Part shown: positions 43,805-44,561 of the stretch, piece by piece
Layout: every line of letters begins with the position of its first letter
Position numbering within the stretch: position 1 is the stretch's first letter
Source: a virus
Lineage: Duplodnaviria; Caudoviricetes
IMG/VR virus record: IMGVR_UViG_3300049043_000052
Span: 1 to 44,561 of that record
DNA length: 44,561 bases
Reading direction: 5' to 3' (one strand)
Notes under the pieces: generated by a model
Told to the model about the DNA's origin: nothing
What the model saw: the letters and a program-made list of their open reading frames with translations, nothing else
The model's database searches: none
Position numbers and translations under genes: made by a program

Positions 43805-44533
43805 CTAGCTAGTCCTGCGGTTGAAAGTCTGGTACTGGCCGTAGATCGTCGCGGCCTGCCCGGCACCACTCCGGCGGAGGGCCGGGTAGCGGCCAGTGCA
43901 GGCGAGATCGTCTGGCGGGTGGCCCTGAGGCTGACGGCGGCACGCGCGGCCCAGCAGACCCTGCTGGCGTTCGTTTACAGCCTGCGGGCGCAGAGCCTGG
44001 GCCTGCCGCAGCGCGTCGGAGTCGATGGCTCGGAGGTCCAGCCGCTTGCGCATAGCTCCTGGCTCGCCAGCACCTCGGAAGCCGAGCCTTCCCCTGCGGT
44101 CAGACCTCGTGCCGCTTGGGCAACTCGGCAGCACCGGCTTCCTTCTCTTGGCCCGCCCGCATGGCGTACAGCGACGCTTCGCGCTGCCCAGCCTGAATGG
44201 CGTACTGGGCATCGTCTTCGGCCTGCCGGGCGTCGATGTCGCTGATCCGCGCCGCGAACTCGGCGGCACTGGCTGCGACTTCGACTGCATCCTCTGGGAC
44301 TCGGCTTGGTCGTACGCCGCCGATCGCCTTGCTCATCGCCGCGCCGGTAGCCATGGCCGTGGTGCCTATCGCGCCCCAGTTCATTCCGCCGCCGGCAAGG
44401 CCGGCGCAGGAGACGAGGCCAACGCGCCTTGCCCTTGGTTTGGCGAAACGTACCCGCTTGCCCAAGGCCCAGGCTGCTGGGCAGAAGCGAACACAGCGTT
44501 CCCGGTCACTCCGGGCGTCATCACATAGGTCAT
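43805..44533 (-). CDS. Small internal virion protein (T7 gp14 position); frameshifted
   Basis: Gly/Ala hydrophobic N-segment, AEFAARISDIDARQAE...AGQRE...GEGSASEVLAS; directly after the nozzle stop. Confidence 0.7.
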
Positions 44534-44538
44534 GGCTC

Positions 44539-44561
44539 TTAGCCTCCTACAGCAACTTCCA
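44539..44561 (-). CDS. C-terminal end of tail tubular protein B (continuation from position 1)
   Basis: (L)EVAVGG* matches the usual nozzle C-terminus following PxxLTIxG. Confidence 0.75.

Overview
The window is an essentially complete, circularly permuted ~44.6 kb genome of a GC-rich tailed dsDNA phage of podovirus type. Its head is BPP-1-like and its tail and internal-protein block is T7/BPP-1-like. Nearly all genes are on the minus strand, and the tail nozzle gene runs off position 1 and finishes at the other end of the window. Frequent single-base indels, most likely long-read errors, split most genes across frames, so many coordinates are approximate and products were stitched together by eye. 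Modules: (1) terS, terL (carrying a class-3 mini-intein), GNAT, portal; (2) a fibre/propeller/lysis-like block; (3) scaffold, capsid, cement; (4) an SGNH esterase fused to the tail adaptor, then the nozzle; (5) three internal virion proteins, the largest a ~2400 aa polyvalent protein with a low-GC ADP-ribosyltransferase cassette and an HExxH domain; (6) lambdoid-style replication and recombination (DUF1376 initiator with internal iterons, DnaC-like loader, RusA, YqaJ/RecT) plus HTH regulators; (7) a very GC-rich early region. The most unusual structure is an array of translationally coupled microprotein genes (~27.6-30.2 kb) built from variable segments separated by three families of near-identical 19-32 bp repeats, which looks like a recombination-shuffled combinatorial cassette library. 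I recognised no integrase, endolysin, DNA/RNA polymerase, reverse transcriptase, tRNA or CRISPR array. All family assignments come from motif recognition, not database searches.
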